Shown here: positions 10,284 through 21,210 of the stretch, in pieces
Position numbering within the stretch: position 1 is the stretch's first letter
Layout of the letters: each line of letters starts with the position of its first letter
DNA from: Alphaproteobacteria bacterium
Lineage (GTDB): Bacteria; Pseudomonadota; Alphaproteobacteria; JAAXGF01
Direction of reading: 5' to 3'
Length of the DNA stretch: 64,000 nucleotides
NCBI GenBank assembly: GCA_963555825.3
Contig: CAUVXB020000001.1
Location: forward strand, 1,792,001-1,856,000
Notes under the pieces: model-generated
Database searches by the model: none
Told to the model about the DNA's origin: nothing
What the model saw: only the letters and a program-made list of their open reading frames with translations
Translations under genes and position numbers: made by a program

Positions 10284-11276
10284 TTAGGAGGCCGCGCCAC
10301 GGCGCAGCCGCAGGAGCCAGCCCTTGAGCTTGGCGGGCAGCGTCTCGAGGCCGTCGGGCAGGAAAAGCATGGTGAAAATCAGGATGAAGCCATAGATCAG
10401 CGGGCGGTGTTCGCCGACCGCCGGCAGGCCGCGCAGCGACGTGTCGACGATGGTCAGCACGGCGACCCCGATGATCGGCCCGGCGAAGCTCGCGGCGCCG
10501 CCGACGATGACCCAGACCAGCACGTAGAGCATGATCGAGAGCGAGAACTGGTTGGGGTTGATGGTGCCCAGGTGATGGGCCAAGAGGGCGCCCGCGATGC
10601 CGGCGAAGAACGACGCGGTAACAAAGGCGAGCGTGCGGTAGTGCCGGGTGTCGACGCCGACCGATTCGGCGAGCGCGTCCTGCCAGTGGATGGCGTGCAG
10701 CGTCAGCCCGACGCGCGAGCGCTCGAGCCGGTACATGAGCAAGAGCGAGACCACGGTGACCGCCAGGGTGAGCTGGTAATAGGGGATGTCTTCGAGCAGG
10801 TCGATCTCGCCGAGGCCGGGCACCTCGAGGAGCGGCGGGAACAGGTTGTTCAGGCCGCCGGCGCCGCCGAACGGGTCGCGGAAACGCTGCCAGGTCAGTC
10901 GGATCGCCTCGCCCGCCGCGAACGAGCCGATCAGGAAGTAGAAGCCCTTCATGCGGAACAGCGGGAAGCTCAACAGATAAGCCATCAGCGCCGAGATCGC
11001 CCCACCCGCCGGCACGCTGGCCCAAAACGTCCAGCCGAACTGCTTCATCAGCAGCGCGCTGGCGTAGCCGCCGACGCCCATCATGACGACATGGCCGAGC
11101 GACCATTCGCCGGTCGTCGTGATCAGCCGGTAGCTGACGACGACGATGACGTTGACCAGGAGCCCGATCAGCACGCTGTGCAGGTAGGGCCTGACCAAGA
11201 AGGGCAGCGCGATCATCAGGGCGATCAGCGCGACGACGCCGGCGGTTCTGACGAGCCTGGCATCGAGGCTGCCCAT
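10284..11276 (-). CDS. Branched-chain amino acid-type ABC permease (LivM-like)
   Basis: GEWSLGH, ALAESVGVD, AGIAGALLAH, IVGGAASFAGPIIG. Confidence 0.9.
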   Translation of the reverse strand: MGSLDARLVRTAGVVALIALMIALPFLVRPYLHSVLIGLLVNVIVVVSYRLITTTGEWSLGHVVMMGVGGYASALLMKQFGWTFWASVPAGGAISALMAYLLSFPLFRMKGFYFLIGSFAAGEAIRLTWQRFRDPFGGAGGLNNLFPPLLEVPGLGEIDLLEDIPYYQLTLAVTVVSLLLMYRLERSRVGLTLHAIHWQDALAESVGVDTRHYRTLAFVTASFFAGIAGALLAHHLGTINPNQFSLSIMLYVLVWVIVGGAASFAGPIIGVAVLTIVDTSLRGLPAVGEHRPLIYGFILIFTMLFLPDGLETLPAKLKGWLLRLRRGAAS

Positions 11277-12154
11277 CAGACCTTCTCGCGCGTGCCCAAG
11301 AGGCCCTGGGGCCGGATCACGAGCACGAGCAGCATCAGTACCAGCCCGAGGATGCTGGCGATGGTGCCGTCGAAATAGGTCGTCACGAAGGTGTGGAAGA
11401 ACATGTAGACGAAGGCCGCGACGACGGCGCCCTCGAGACTGCCGATGCCGCCGACGATGATGACGATGAAGGCGGTGATGATGGCGCCGTGGCCCATGTA
11501 GGGATCGACCTGCACCAAGGGCGACATGATGCCACCCGCGGCGCCCGCCAGCCCGCCGCCGATCGCCATCGCCAACAGCGAGGTCTTGTCGATGCCGATG
11601 CCCTGCAGCGCGGCGGCCTCGGGGTCCTGGGCGCAGGCGCGCAACGCCCAGCCAGTCCGCGTGCGGTGCAGGAACAACCACAGCCCGCCAAGGATGAGCG
11701 GCGCGGCGGCGATCACCACGATGCGCTGCCAGGGCACCGCGACGCCCGCCATGCCGAACGGCTCGACGGTGCCCGGATAGGCCGGCGGGATGTGCTTCAT
11801 CAGGCCGACGCCGAACAAGTCGGCGGCCAGCACCTGGAGGATGAACAGCGCGCCGACCGACATGATCAGCCCGCCCAGCGGGTTACCGCGCATCGGCCGG
11901 AACAGGGCGCGTTCCATCATCATGCCGATCACCGAGACCAGGATGATCGCGGCGGCGACCGCGACGAGGAACGGCCAGCCCTGCGTCGCGTAGAGGTACC
12001 AGACCGAATAGGCGCCGACCATGTAGAGCTCGCCATGGGCGAAGTTGATGACCTTCATGACGCCGAAGATCAGCACCAGCCCGACCGCCATGACGGCGGC
12101 GAAGCTGCTCGCGACGAGCGCGTTGGCGATGGTCTGTAAGACGAGATCGGACAC
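11276..12154 (-). CDS. Branched-chain amino acid-type ABC permease (LivH-like)
   Basis: GLVLIFGVMKVINFAHGE, RACAQDPEAAALQGI, IVGGIGS, RPQGLLG; GTG start. Confidence 0.9.
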   Translation of the reverse strand: MSDLVLQTIANALVASSFAAVMAVGLVLIFGVMKVINFAHGELYMVGAYSVWYLYATQGWPFLVAVAAAIILVSVIGMMMERALFRPMRGNPLGGLIMSVGALFILQVLAADLFGVGLMKHIPPAYPGTVEPFGMAGVAVPWQRIVVIAAAPLILGGLWLFLHRTRTGWALRACAQDPEAAALQGIGIDKTSLLAMAIGGGLAGAAGGIMSPLVQVDPYMGHGAIITAFIVIIVGGIGSLEGAVVAAFVYMFFHTFVTTYFDGTIASILGLVLMLLVLVIRPQGLLGTREKV

Positions 12155-12175
12155 GTTTTTGTCACCGCCTTGTAT

Positions 12176-12208
12176 GAAAAGAACCGGAGCGCACGGCGCC
12201 CCGGTTCT
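12176..12208 (-). terminator. Hairpin with U-tract between the SBP and permease genes
   Basis: Minus strand AGAACCGGGGCGC-CGT-GCGCTCCGGTTCT followed by TTT. Confidence 0.55.
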
Positions 12209-12258
12209 CGTCACTTCGACGCTCGAGACGGACCAGGCTCGGACGCCGGCCCTCAGGG

Positions 12259-13533
12259 CTAGCTGCGCTGGTACCACATCTCGCCGAGCGCCTCGAAGTG
12301 CTTGATCATGATGTCCTTGTTCTTGTCCCACCACGCCGGGATGCTCTTGAACGCGACGATCTTGGCCTTGCCGTTCTGGATCTGCACGACCGGCCAGTCG
12401 CCGACCAACGCGTTGTCGACGCCGAACAGCTCCTTGCCCCACCAGTTGGACTTGCCGAACGCGTGGTCGCCGGTGCCGTCTTGCTTCATCGCCGCGAGGA
12501 CGTCCAGCGGCTCGACGCTGCCCGCCGTCTCGGCGGCGATCTTCCACAGATCGAGGATCGAGACGTATTCCCACGAGACCGCCGACCAGGTGCCCGGATA
12601 GCGCTCGCTGTAGGTCTTGAAGAATGCGCCGGGGTTCTTGAAGGTGATCTTGGGATCGTTGAGCGCGGCGTCGTCGAAATCGGGGAACTGGAAGACGAAG
12701 CCCTCGCAGAATTCCGCGCTCGTCTTCTCGATGACCTGCGGATAGAAATCGAAGGTGCAGGAGATGATCTGCCCTTTGAAGCCCTGCAGGAAGGCCTGTT
12801 CGGTGATCAGGTTGACGAAGTCGGCGTAAGCCGTATCGAGGCACAGGATGTCGGGCTTGGTCGCCAGCATCGCGGTGACGATCGGCGCGAAGTCGGCGGT
12901 GTCGATGCCGAAGAACTTGTCGTAGACGACGTCGATGCCGGCCGCTTCGAAGGCCGCGCGGTAGGTCGCCACCGAGGGCCGGCCGAGTTCGTCGTCCTGG
13001 GCGCAGATCGCCGCGGTCTTGAGGCCCGGGTTGTTCTCGGCGAGCCACTCGACGCCGGTCACGTTGTAGATCGGGTGCACCTCGCAGGGCGCCAGGTGAT
13101 ACTTGGTGTCGGGCGACAGGTCGGAAGGCAACAGCGTCGTCGACAGAATCTTCTTGCGCGTCAGCCAGGGCACCGCGCCGGCGGCGTCGGTGCCGCCCAG
13201 CATGAGGATCATCTTGACGTCGTCCTCGAGCACCTGCTTCTTGGCGCCCTGCAGCGCCTTGTCGCTGAGGTATTCGTTGTCGAACGACACCAGCTCGACC
13301 ATATGCGCTTCGCCGCCGATGTCGACACCGCCCGCCGCGTTGACCTGCTCGACCCAGATCTCGCAGCCGTTGAGGCCGGGCAGGCCCCAGGCCGCGACCT
13401 CGCCGGTCAGCGGCGCGTTGAAGCCGATCTTGACCGTTTTGGCGCCGAAGCCGGGCTTCGGCGCGACGCTCGCCGCCGCGACGCCTGCGGCGGTCGTGGC
13501 GATGAATTTCCTGCGGCTCAGTCGTGTCGTCAT
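12259..13533 (-). CDS. ABC substrate-binding protein (LivJ/PBP1 type) with Tat signal
   Basis: SRRKFI twin-arginine leader; VKIGFNAPLTG, VNAAGG, DFAPIVTAMLATKPD. Confidence 0.9.
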   Translation of the reverse strand: MTTRLSRRKFIATTAAGVAAASVAPKPGFGAKTVKIGFNAPLTGEVAAWGLPGLNGCEIWVEQVNAAGGVDIGGEAHMVELVSFDNEYLSDKALQGAKKQVLEDDVKMILMLGGTDAAGAVPWLTRKKILSTTLLPSDLSPDTKYHLAPCEVHPIYNVTGVEWLAENNPGLKTAAICAQDDELGRPSVATYRAAFEAAGIDVVYDKFFGIDTADFAPIVTAMLATKPDILCLDTAYADFVNLITEQAFLQGFKGQIISCTFDFYPQVIEKTSAEFCEGFVFQFPDFDDAALNDPKITFKNPGAFFKTYSERYPGTWSAVSWEYVSILDLWKIAAETAGSVEPLDVLAAMKQDGTGDHAFGKSNWWGKELFGVDNALVGDWPVVQIQNGKAKIVAFKSIPAWWDKNKDIMIKHFEALGEMWYQRS

Positions 13534-13773
13534 ATCGGTTCCCTCCCTGGTCCGATGATCCGCTCCCCACGGCTTGGCGCGGATAAGCGGGCGGCCGCGT
13601 TACGCGCGGTCGATTTTCATTGCTTCAACGGATATCGGCTGGCCCGGAGGCTGTCAAGCGGACTCTGGGAAGGTGGCGACGCGCTTGCTCCGGTCCTTTG
13701 GCATGCTCTAACATCCCGCCCTTGAGACAACGCCGCCGATCGGCGGCCAGAACAAGCAGATTCAGGGGAGACC

Positions 13774-15168
13774 ATGACTGATACCAAGATGTGGGGGTCC
13801 GAGGAGTTCTGGGGACTGGGGTTCGAATACGATCCGCAGTGGTTGCTCACCCCGGCGCAGCAGGAGCTGCAGGCCAAGCTGATCAAGCTCTGCCAGACCA
13901 CGCTCCGCGACAACGCGGTCGAGAGCGACAAGAACCTGATCTTTCCGCGCAAGAACTTCGAGGCGCTCGCCTCGCTCGGTCTCCTAGGGCTCCTGGTGCC
14001 CAAGGAATGGGGCGGCCTCGGCGAGAACCACGTCTGCGCCACCATGGCGGTCGAGACCATCGCGCGCTACGGCTGCGCCTCGACCGCGATGTGCTACACC
14101 ATGCACATCGGCGCGGTCGCCGCCGCCATGCTGCGCGCCCATGGCAACCCGACCATTCAGGACGTCATGAAGCGGCTCGACAAGGACGTCTTCATCGGCA
14201 CGCTGTCGTACTCCGACCCCGAGACCGGCGGCCACTTCTGGTATCCCTTCTCGTCGGGCGCCGAGCGTGTCGAGGACGGCTGGAAGGTGCTCAAGAAGTC
14301 GTCGTGGACGACCTCGGGCGGCTTCGCCGACTGGTACATCGTACAGACCACCAGCCCCGACTTCGACGGCGATTATTCGAACCTGTCGTGCTTCATGATC
14401 ATGGGCGGCGAGGTCAAGGCCGAGCCCACCAAGTGGGATGGCATGGGGCTGCGCGGCAACCAGTCGGGCACGCTGCTGGTCGACAACATCGTCATCCCCG
14501 CCGACCGCATGGTCGGCCCCGTCGGCGACGGCGCGTCGTCGAACGACGAGGCGGTCGACCCGTTCTTCCTGATGTGCTCGTCGGCCTGCTGGAACGGCAT
14601 CTCGCTCGGCATGATCGACATCACCAAGCGCCACACCACGGCCAAGAAGCACGTCGACGTCGGCATGCGGGTGTGCGACTACCCGACGATTCAGGACTAC
14701 GTCGGCGAGGCGATCATCGATACCAACGCCGCGCGCGCCATGAACTACCAGATGGCCAAGGCGATGGACGACCTGACCAACGGCTGCGACTGGTCGATCC
14801 ATGCGGACGACGTCGGCAACCTGCCGCGCGCGGGCGTGCTGCATTGGATGTGGATGCTCAAGTTCACCGCCGCCAAAACGGTGGCCAACGTCTCGGACAA
14901 GATGCTGCACGCCTGCGGCGGCACCGGTTACAAGCCCGGTCTCGGCATCGAGCGCTACCTGCGCGACGCCAAGGCGGGCTGGGTCATGGGCCCGTCGAAC
15001 GAGGTGCTGCGCCAGTTCGTCGGCAAGTCGGCGCTCTTGGGCTTCGATTCGCTCGATTATTGGAACACTTCCGTGAACCAGCGCGTGCTCGACAACGAGA
15101 TCAAGAAGCTCGACGCCGACGCCAAGAAGGCGCTCGCCGAGAAGCTCATGGCCGACGCCGGCGACTGA
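13774..15168 (+). CDS. Acyl-CoA dehydrogenase-fold flavoprotein
   Basis: GLLVPKEWGGLG, YSDPETG, KKSSWTTSG, GMGLRGNQSG, GGTGY...IERYLRDA; RBS GGGGAG. Confidence 0.88.
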   Translation: MTDTKMWGSEEFWGLGFEYDPQWLLTPAQQELQAKLIKLCQTTLRDNAVESDKNLIFPRKNFEALASLGLLGLLVPKEWGGLGENHVCATMAVETIARYGCASTAMCYTMHIGAVAAAMLRAHGNPTIQDVMKRLDKDVFIGTLSYSDPETGGHFWYPFSSGAERVEDGWKVLKKSSWTTSGGFADWYIVQTTSPDFDGDYSNLSCFMIMGGEVKAEPTKWDGMGLRGNQSGTLLVDNIVIPADRMVGPVGDGASSNDEAVDPFFLMCSSACWNGISLGMIDITKRHTTAKKHVDVGMRVCDYPTIQDYVGEAIIDTNAARAMNYQMAKAMDDLTNGCDWSIHADDVGNLPRAGVLHWMWMLKFTAAKTVANVSDKMLHACGGTGYKPGLGIERYLRDAKAGWVMGPSNEVLRQFVGKSALLGFDSLDYWNTSVNQRVLDNEIKKLDADAKKALAEKLMADAGD

Positions 15169-15192
15169 GTCGCGTTACACCGCGCAAACCAC

Positions 15193-16245
15193 TAGAGCGT
15201 GACTGTTTTAGATTGAAGCATATCCGGCGTTGCTGATGTAGTTGGCGCATTCTTGGGCGGTGAACTGGTCGAGCAGCCTGCCGACGCGTCGCCAGGTGTC
15301 CTCGACGGTTCGTTCGGCGGCCTTTCGCATCAGGGTCTTGAGCTTGGAGAAGACCTGCTCGATGGGGTTCAAGTCGGGCGAGTAAGGCGGTAGGAACAGC
15401 AGTTTGGCGCCGGCGGCGCGGATGGCGCGGCGTACGGCCTTTCCCTTGTGGGAACCGAGATTGTCCATGATGACGATGTCGCCCGGCGCCAAGGTCGGCA
15501 CCAGGAATTGCTCGACGTAAGCCGTGAAGGCGCGGCCGTTGATCGGCCCATCGAGCACCAGGGGCGCGTCGATCCGATCGACGCGCAAGGCGGCCAGGAA
15601 GGTCAGCGTGCGCCACCGCCCGTACGGCGCCTTGGCGACCAAACGCTGGCCCCGTTGCGCGCGGCCATGGCGCCGCGTCATGTTCGTCTTCACCCAGGTC
15701 TCATCGATGAAGACCAGCCGACCTGGCGCCAGCCGGCCCTGATACTTCTTCCAGCGCGCACGCCGGCGGGCCACGTCAGGCCGGTCTTGCTCGGCTGCGT
15801 GCAGGCTTTTTTTTGAACGTGATGCCTTGTGCCTTTAGGAAGTGCCAGACCGCGTAGTTGCTGACCACGATGCCGCGCGCCGCCAGCTCCGCCCGCAGCG
15901 CCCGCAACGTCAGGTCCGGCTTCTCGGCAAGCCGCGATAGAACCCAACCGCGATGCGCCGCCAGGGCAAACGGCCGACGGCCACCCATCGGCAACGTCGC
16001 CGCACTGCCCGTCGCCCGATAGCGCTGCGACCACTTCACGACGCTCGACACCGAAACACCAAAGCTCGATGCAACGTCGCGAACCGTACGACCGCTCTCA
16101 ACCGCCGCGACAACCCGCTCGCGCAAGTCCAGGGAATAAGGTCGTGCCATACATGCTGGCCTCCTTCTCCAGCCAGCATCTTGAATCACATCTTCACGAC
16201 CCTGGGAATCCCCTTTACGATTCCATCACGAAAAACCACGCTCTA
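15193..16245 (-). mobile_element. IS630-family element 1
   Basis: Ends TAGAGCGTG / CACGCTCTA with TA at both termini. Confidence 0.88.
15208..16150 (-). CDS. IS630 transposase (two frames joined at an A-run, ~15810)
   Basis: MARPYSLDLRERV HTH part; LVFIDETW, MDNLGSHK, LPPYSPDLNPIE. Confidence 0.88.
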
Positions 16246-16329
16246 ATACGCTATGGACACTCTTTACCATCCGCTAGAAGGCCGCGTAGTGGTGGGCAAC
16301 ATCAACCAACGACAGCAGACGAAAATCAA

Positions 16330-16450
16330 ATGAGCCAGAAATACGACAAGCTGAAAACCCTGCTGAAGGAATTCTTCCAGATGGACCAGTCCGACCTGGA
16401 TTTCGGCCTCTACCGCGTCATGCATACGAAGAGTGCCGAGTTGTCGCAGA
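16330..16450 (+). pseudogene. N-terminal fragment resembling a type III R-M Mod DNA methyltransferase
   Basis: MSQKYDKLKTLLKEFFQMDQSDLDFGLYRVM (DLDFG-YR motif); similarity stops abruptly. Confidence 0.6.
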
Positions 16451-19400
16451 TCGCCCGCCGGTGGTCCAGACCCGCCGAATCCAGGCAACGACAGCGCCGA
16501 AAGCGAAGGTTTCGGCGCCGCGGTCGCTGCAGCCGAGCCCGGGGCCTCAAGCTCGAACCGCCAGGTCTTCAACTGTGTTGGCGTGACGCCGGACTCTGCA
16601 GCCGCACTGCTATGCCTCGCACCCAGTTCCGACAGGCGGACAACCGACTGTTCCTTGTATCCCAGCGAAAATCGCGCCGCCCTGGCATCCCTTCCGCCAT
16701 CGGTGCGTCGGCCCAGAAGGGCGAGACCGGCCCGTCGTCGGCGAACGCCTCCTCCCAGGCAAGAAGCCCCCAGGGCGCGGCCTCCAGGCCGGCCTCGGTC
16801 TGCCTGCGAATCGGGATGGGCTCGCCTTCCGGGCCGGACGTGCGATCCGCCGCGGCAAGCGACACCGGACGAGCCCGAACCCTGCCGGGCGCGCGCCACC
16901 TGCCCGTGGCGATCCCCAAAGAGGGCGCCCGGTGCCGGCATTCTCAGACGTGCCGCCGGTCGGGCGCATCTCCCCTGCCCGGCCAATGCCACCCGGACCG
17001 GCGGACAAGGACAACCGCGCCGCGTCCCCGCCTGCCCTACCAGCGCGCCGTGACCCTGAGACCGATCTCGTTATCGGGCTCGCGATCGTCGTTCGCAGGC
17101 TCCCGCCGGGTCGCGTTGAGCGAGACGTCGAACTTCACCCGGTCGCTCCGCGCGAGTGCGAGCCGCCAGCCCACCCTGTAATCGCGGTCCGCATTGGACA
17201 GCCCGACGCCAACCTCCAGCGTGCCCGTGAACCGGTCGCCGAACAGCGGAAACCCGTAGCCGAGAGTCGCCTCGAGACGGCGCCGCTGCAGATCGCCGCC
17301 GCCGTCGTTGGCCGCAAGACCCTCCAGCGTGCGCCGCGACAGAAATGCATTCATCCCGCCCGTTGCCGACCCGCCCACCGTCTGGCGCAGCCTGAAGGCG
17401 AAGCCCCGCTCCGACGCCGGGTCGGGATCCCAGGCGAGCGAGCCCGCGATGCCGCGTTCGCGCAAGCCCCCCGCCTCATGGGTGAGCAGCCCGCGGGCCT
17501 GCACCTCCGCCTCGACCCCGGAGCTCGGGTCCGACCAGGCGAGACCCGCCCCGATATCCGCGCCGTAGCCGGTCTCCGCGTCGCCGCCGTCATGGCGCAC
17601 GCCGATCTCGAAGCTCGGCACCAGCCGCCCGCCGCCGAGCCCGAGCTCCAGCGATCCCTCAAGCCCCAACCGCAGCCGCGTGACCTCCGCCTTGGCCGCC
17701 GCCATCGCACCCGGAACCGCCTCCGAGCTCGTGCGCACGATGAAGCCGTCGGAGACGAGCGCAAGCTCCGCACCGCCGCCCTCCGCCGGGCTCAGGAGCT
17801 CGCCGCGCAGCCCCGCTCCCGCCATCGTCAGATCCATGTCAGCGTCGATCCGGGGTTCCGCCTCGGGCTTCAGCATGAGCTCCCCCGACCCGTAGCCGAG
17901 CGTGCCCCACAACGACAGGCGTTCGCTCACCCGATAGCGCCCGTAGGGATAGACCCCGGTCAGGGTCGATTCCACCTCGCCCCTGCTGCGCGGGCTGCGG
18001 TACCCCCCTTCGCCCCACGAATGCGACACCAGCAGCCCCACCGTTGCCCGCTCGCGCGTCCAGTCGGCCCCCACCATGGCGCTCGTCACCTCGCCGTCGA
18101 GCGAGAGATCGCCCTCGCGGCCGTCGAAGCGCGAGACCGCGGCCCGGCCCCACAGCGCACCGAAGCCGCCCTGCTGCGTCCCGGCCGTCAGCGCAAAGGA
18201 GCTCCCGACCAGAAGGTCGCGCTCCGTCACCGCCCGCGAGCGGAAGCCGGCGCCGTCTTCCTCATCGTCCTCGCCGCGCAACCAGCCGGAGAGCGCCTCC
18301 AGCCGCGTCTCCGCCTCCCGCGCCTCCGACCCGCCCGGCGGCGCCACGCCGCCAATCCGCTCGCCCGCCAGGCTCACCTCGACTCCCGGACGCCGTGCCG
18401 CCTCGAGACGGTTCTCCACCGCCCCCATCACCTGCTCCGCGACCGTGCGCCCAAAGCGCGCGATCCATGCCTTGGGTAGCGGATCGCTGTTCTTGATGGT
18501 CCCGGTCGCCGTGCCGTCCGCGATCCGCACGTACTCCGACGGCGACGGATTGGTAAGCGTCAGCGTCAGCGTCTCCGAGTCTTCGTCGTGCGAATCGTCC
18601 AGCACCGGCACCGAAACCGTCTTGCTGGTCTCCAGCGCCGCGAAGCTCAGCCTCCCCGACGTCTCCGTGTAGTCCGAACCCGCCCTGGCCGTGCCGTCCG
18701 AGGTCGCATACTCCACCGCCGTCTCGTCGAACCGTGCTCTGCTCAGCCTCACGGTGAACTCAAGCGTCGCATCCGCCCCTTCCTCGACCTCCGCGTCCGC
18801 CACCGAGAGCGTCGCCAGCCCCTGGATCGACACGCTCGCCGTCCCTTCGATCTTCCGCCCGGCCGCGGTGCACACCGCGCCCGGTCTCCCCGCAGGCCGG
18901 CAGCGCCGAGGCCAGCGACAGGCTCACCGCGCCGTCGCCAGCCGGTTTCACGACGATGTCGAACTCGAGGTCGGCCGGCGGGTCGACCCTTCGTGCTCCG
19001 GTGATGGTGCCGCCTTTCACCGTGAACATCGTGTCGCGCACCGTCTTGTAGCTCACGTCCGGTTCCATGTTGAACGTGAGCCGCACTTCGAACGTGCCGC
19101 TTCCCTTGTGCTCGGCCGGGCCGCTGAGGGACGCGGTGAGCGCTTTGCCCGCTATCGTTGCCGATGCCGGTCGCGAGAGCGGCCGCCCGCCGATGCACAC
19201 CGCGGCCGTCTCGCTGCACGCATGCGCGGGCAGCGTGAGCGTGATGTCGTAGCCCTGCGAGGGCTTGACCGTCACATTCCATTCGCGGTCGCTTGCGTCC
19301 GTCACCCGCAATGCCTTGGTCACCGTCCCGCCGGTCACCTCGAGCAGCGAGTCGCGCACCGTCTTGTCGCTCAAGCCCCGGGGCTCGGCGCTGAAGCTCA

Positions 19401-21210
19401 ACTTCACCGTGAACGGCTTTTCCCCGTCATGCGACGACGGCATCCCGCTGAAATACGCCGTGGGTCCGTCCGCCACACCGCGCGTCGCCCGCGCCGGCAC
19501 CGGCTCCGGCACCGCCGACTCGGCCACCCCGTCGTGCGCGAGATCCGCATCGATGGTGCTGTCCGCCGTCGACACGATGGTGCCGCCGTTCAGCGCCAGG
19601 CTGTCGCCCGTCACCTGCATCGTGTCGTGCGGGCCCTCGCCGTCGGCCAGCGTGTAGCCGAACACCAGCTTCGCCGTCCCCGAGCCGCTCGCGTAGGCCG
19701 CGCTCTGCGCCTGCGTGCCCAACAGCAGGCCGATCGACGGCGTACCGCCGGCGGTTTCCACGCTCACCGGCTCGCTGAAGGTGAGCTGCACCTCCACCGT
19801 CTCGCCCGCCGTCCACAAGCCGTCCGTGCCCGCCTCGCTCAGAACCGGCACTCCCACGACCACCGGCGCCGCCACGACCACCGGCGCCTCGAGCTGGTTG
19901 TTCACTATCGTGCCGTGCGCGAGGTCCGCATCGACGCCATTGTCCGTCTTCCACACGATGGCGCCGCCGCGCACCCGCAGCGTGTCGGGGAGCACCTTCA
20001 CCGACTCGAACGAGTCCCCGCCCGCCAGCCTGTGCTCGAACACCAGCGCCGCCGTCCCCGAGCCGCTCGCGTACACCGCGTCACGTTCCTCAATCACGCC
20101 CCCGGTGTCGTACCCCACCACCAGCTTCGGCGCGAGCCCGCCCGCCGGGGTCGTCACCACCACCGGCTGGTTCCACTCCACCGTCACCTGGAGCGTCCCG
20201 CCCGCCGTGTAGGGCCCCGACGCCGGGCTCACCGCGACCAACTCCACCTGCGGCATGATGCGGCACTGCACCCCCACGGCTTCGCGCGGGCGGCAATTGT
20301 GCACCCCCACGGCCAGGTTTCCTTGGCGCGGGCAAGCGAGCAGACTCGTCTCGTTGCCTTCGCAGTTGACATTGTCCAGCCACATCCGCATGCCGGCGGG
20401 CGTCGGGCCGAAGTACGGAGGCAAGGAGCGGCCCTGTTCGTCCCGGGTGCGTCCCCTGTTGTCCACCGCGCCCAGTTTCCACTCGAGGATACTGCACACC
20501 ACGCCCGCCTCCACGTCCGTCCAGTAGTCGTCGCAGACCGTCCCCCACTGGCCTTCGTGGCGTATCTCCAGGCGGCCCTCGTGGTCTCCCGTGCCGTCCA
20601 CCAGGCGAAGCTCCGCGCCGAGGGGCTCGTCGTCGTCCCGGATGGTCAAACGCTCGGCGTACGGGTGCCAAACGAGCCCGGACTCCTCCATTCCCACCAC
20701 GTCCACCGTCCCTGTCACGACCAGATTTTTGTCTGGACCGTCGACGTCATCGTCCACCGCGCTAATGGTCACGGTTCCCGTGCTGGCCTTCTCTCCCGCT
20801 GGGATCGTCAACACCGTGCCGATCTGGGTGAAGTCACCGGATGCCGTCGTCGTCCCGACCGGCGCCGCCGATATCGTCACCTCGACCGCTTGAGCCACCT
20901 TGTCCTTGGCTACCTTCGTGTTCAGCCTCGCCGTCACCGTGCTCTGACCACCGTTCTCAGAGATGCTGGCCGGGGTAACCTCCAGCGTCACCCGGGGTAC
21001 GGCCTCGTCCTCGAAGATGTTCCAGTCGCTGTGCTTGCCGACCCGATTCCGGTCTATGCCGGTTACCGACGCGATGTCGAGGACGACCCTTCTGTGGAAG
21101 AGCGGCCCGTAGTACTCGTCGTTCGAGGACGCAAGCGTGACATCACCCGTGCTGCGCATCTCGCCGGCGCTTATGGTCAATGTGCGGTTGGCGCTCAACG
21201 TGTAATCGTC

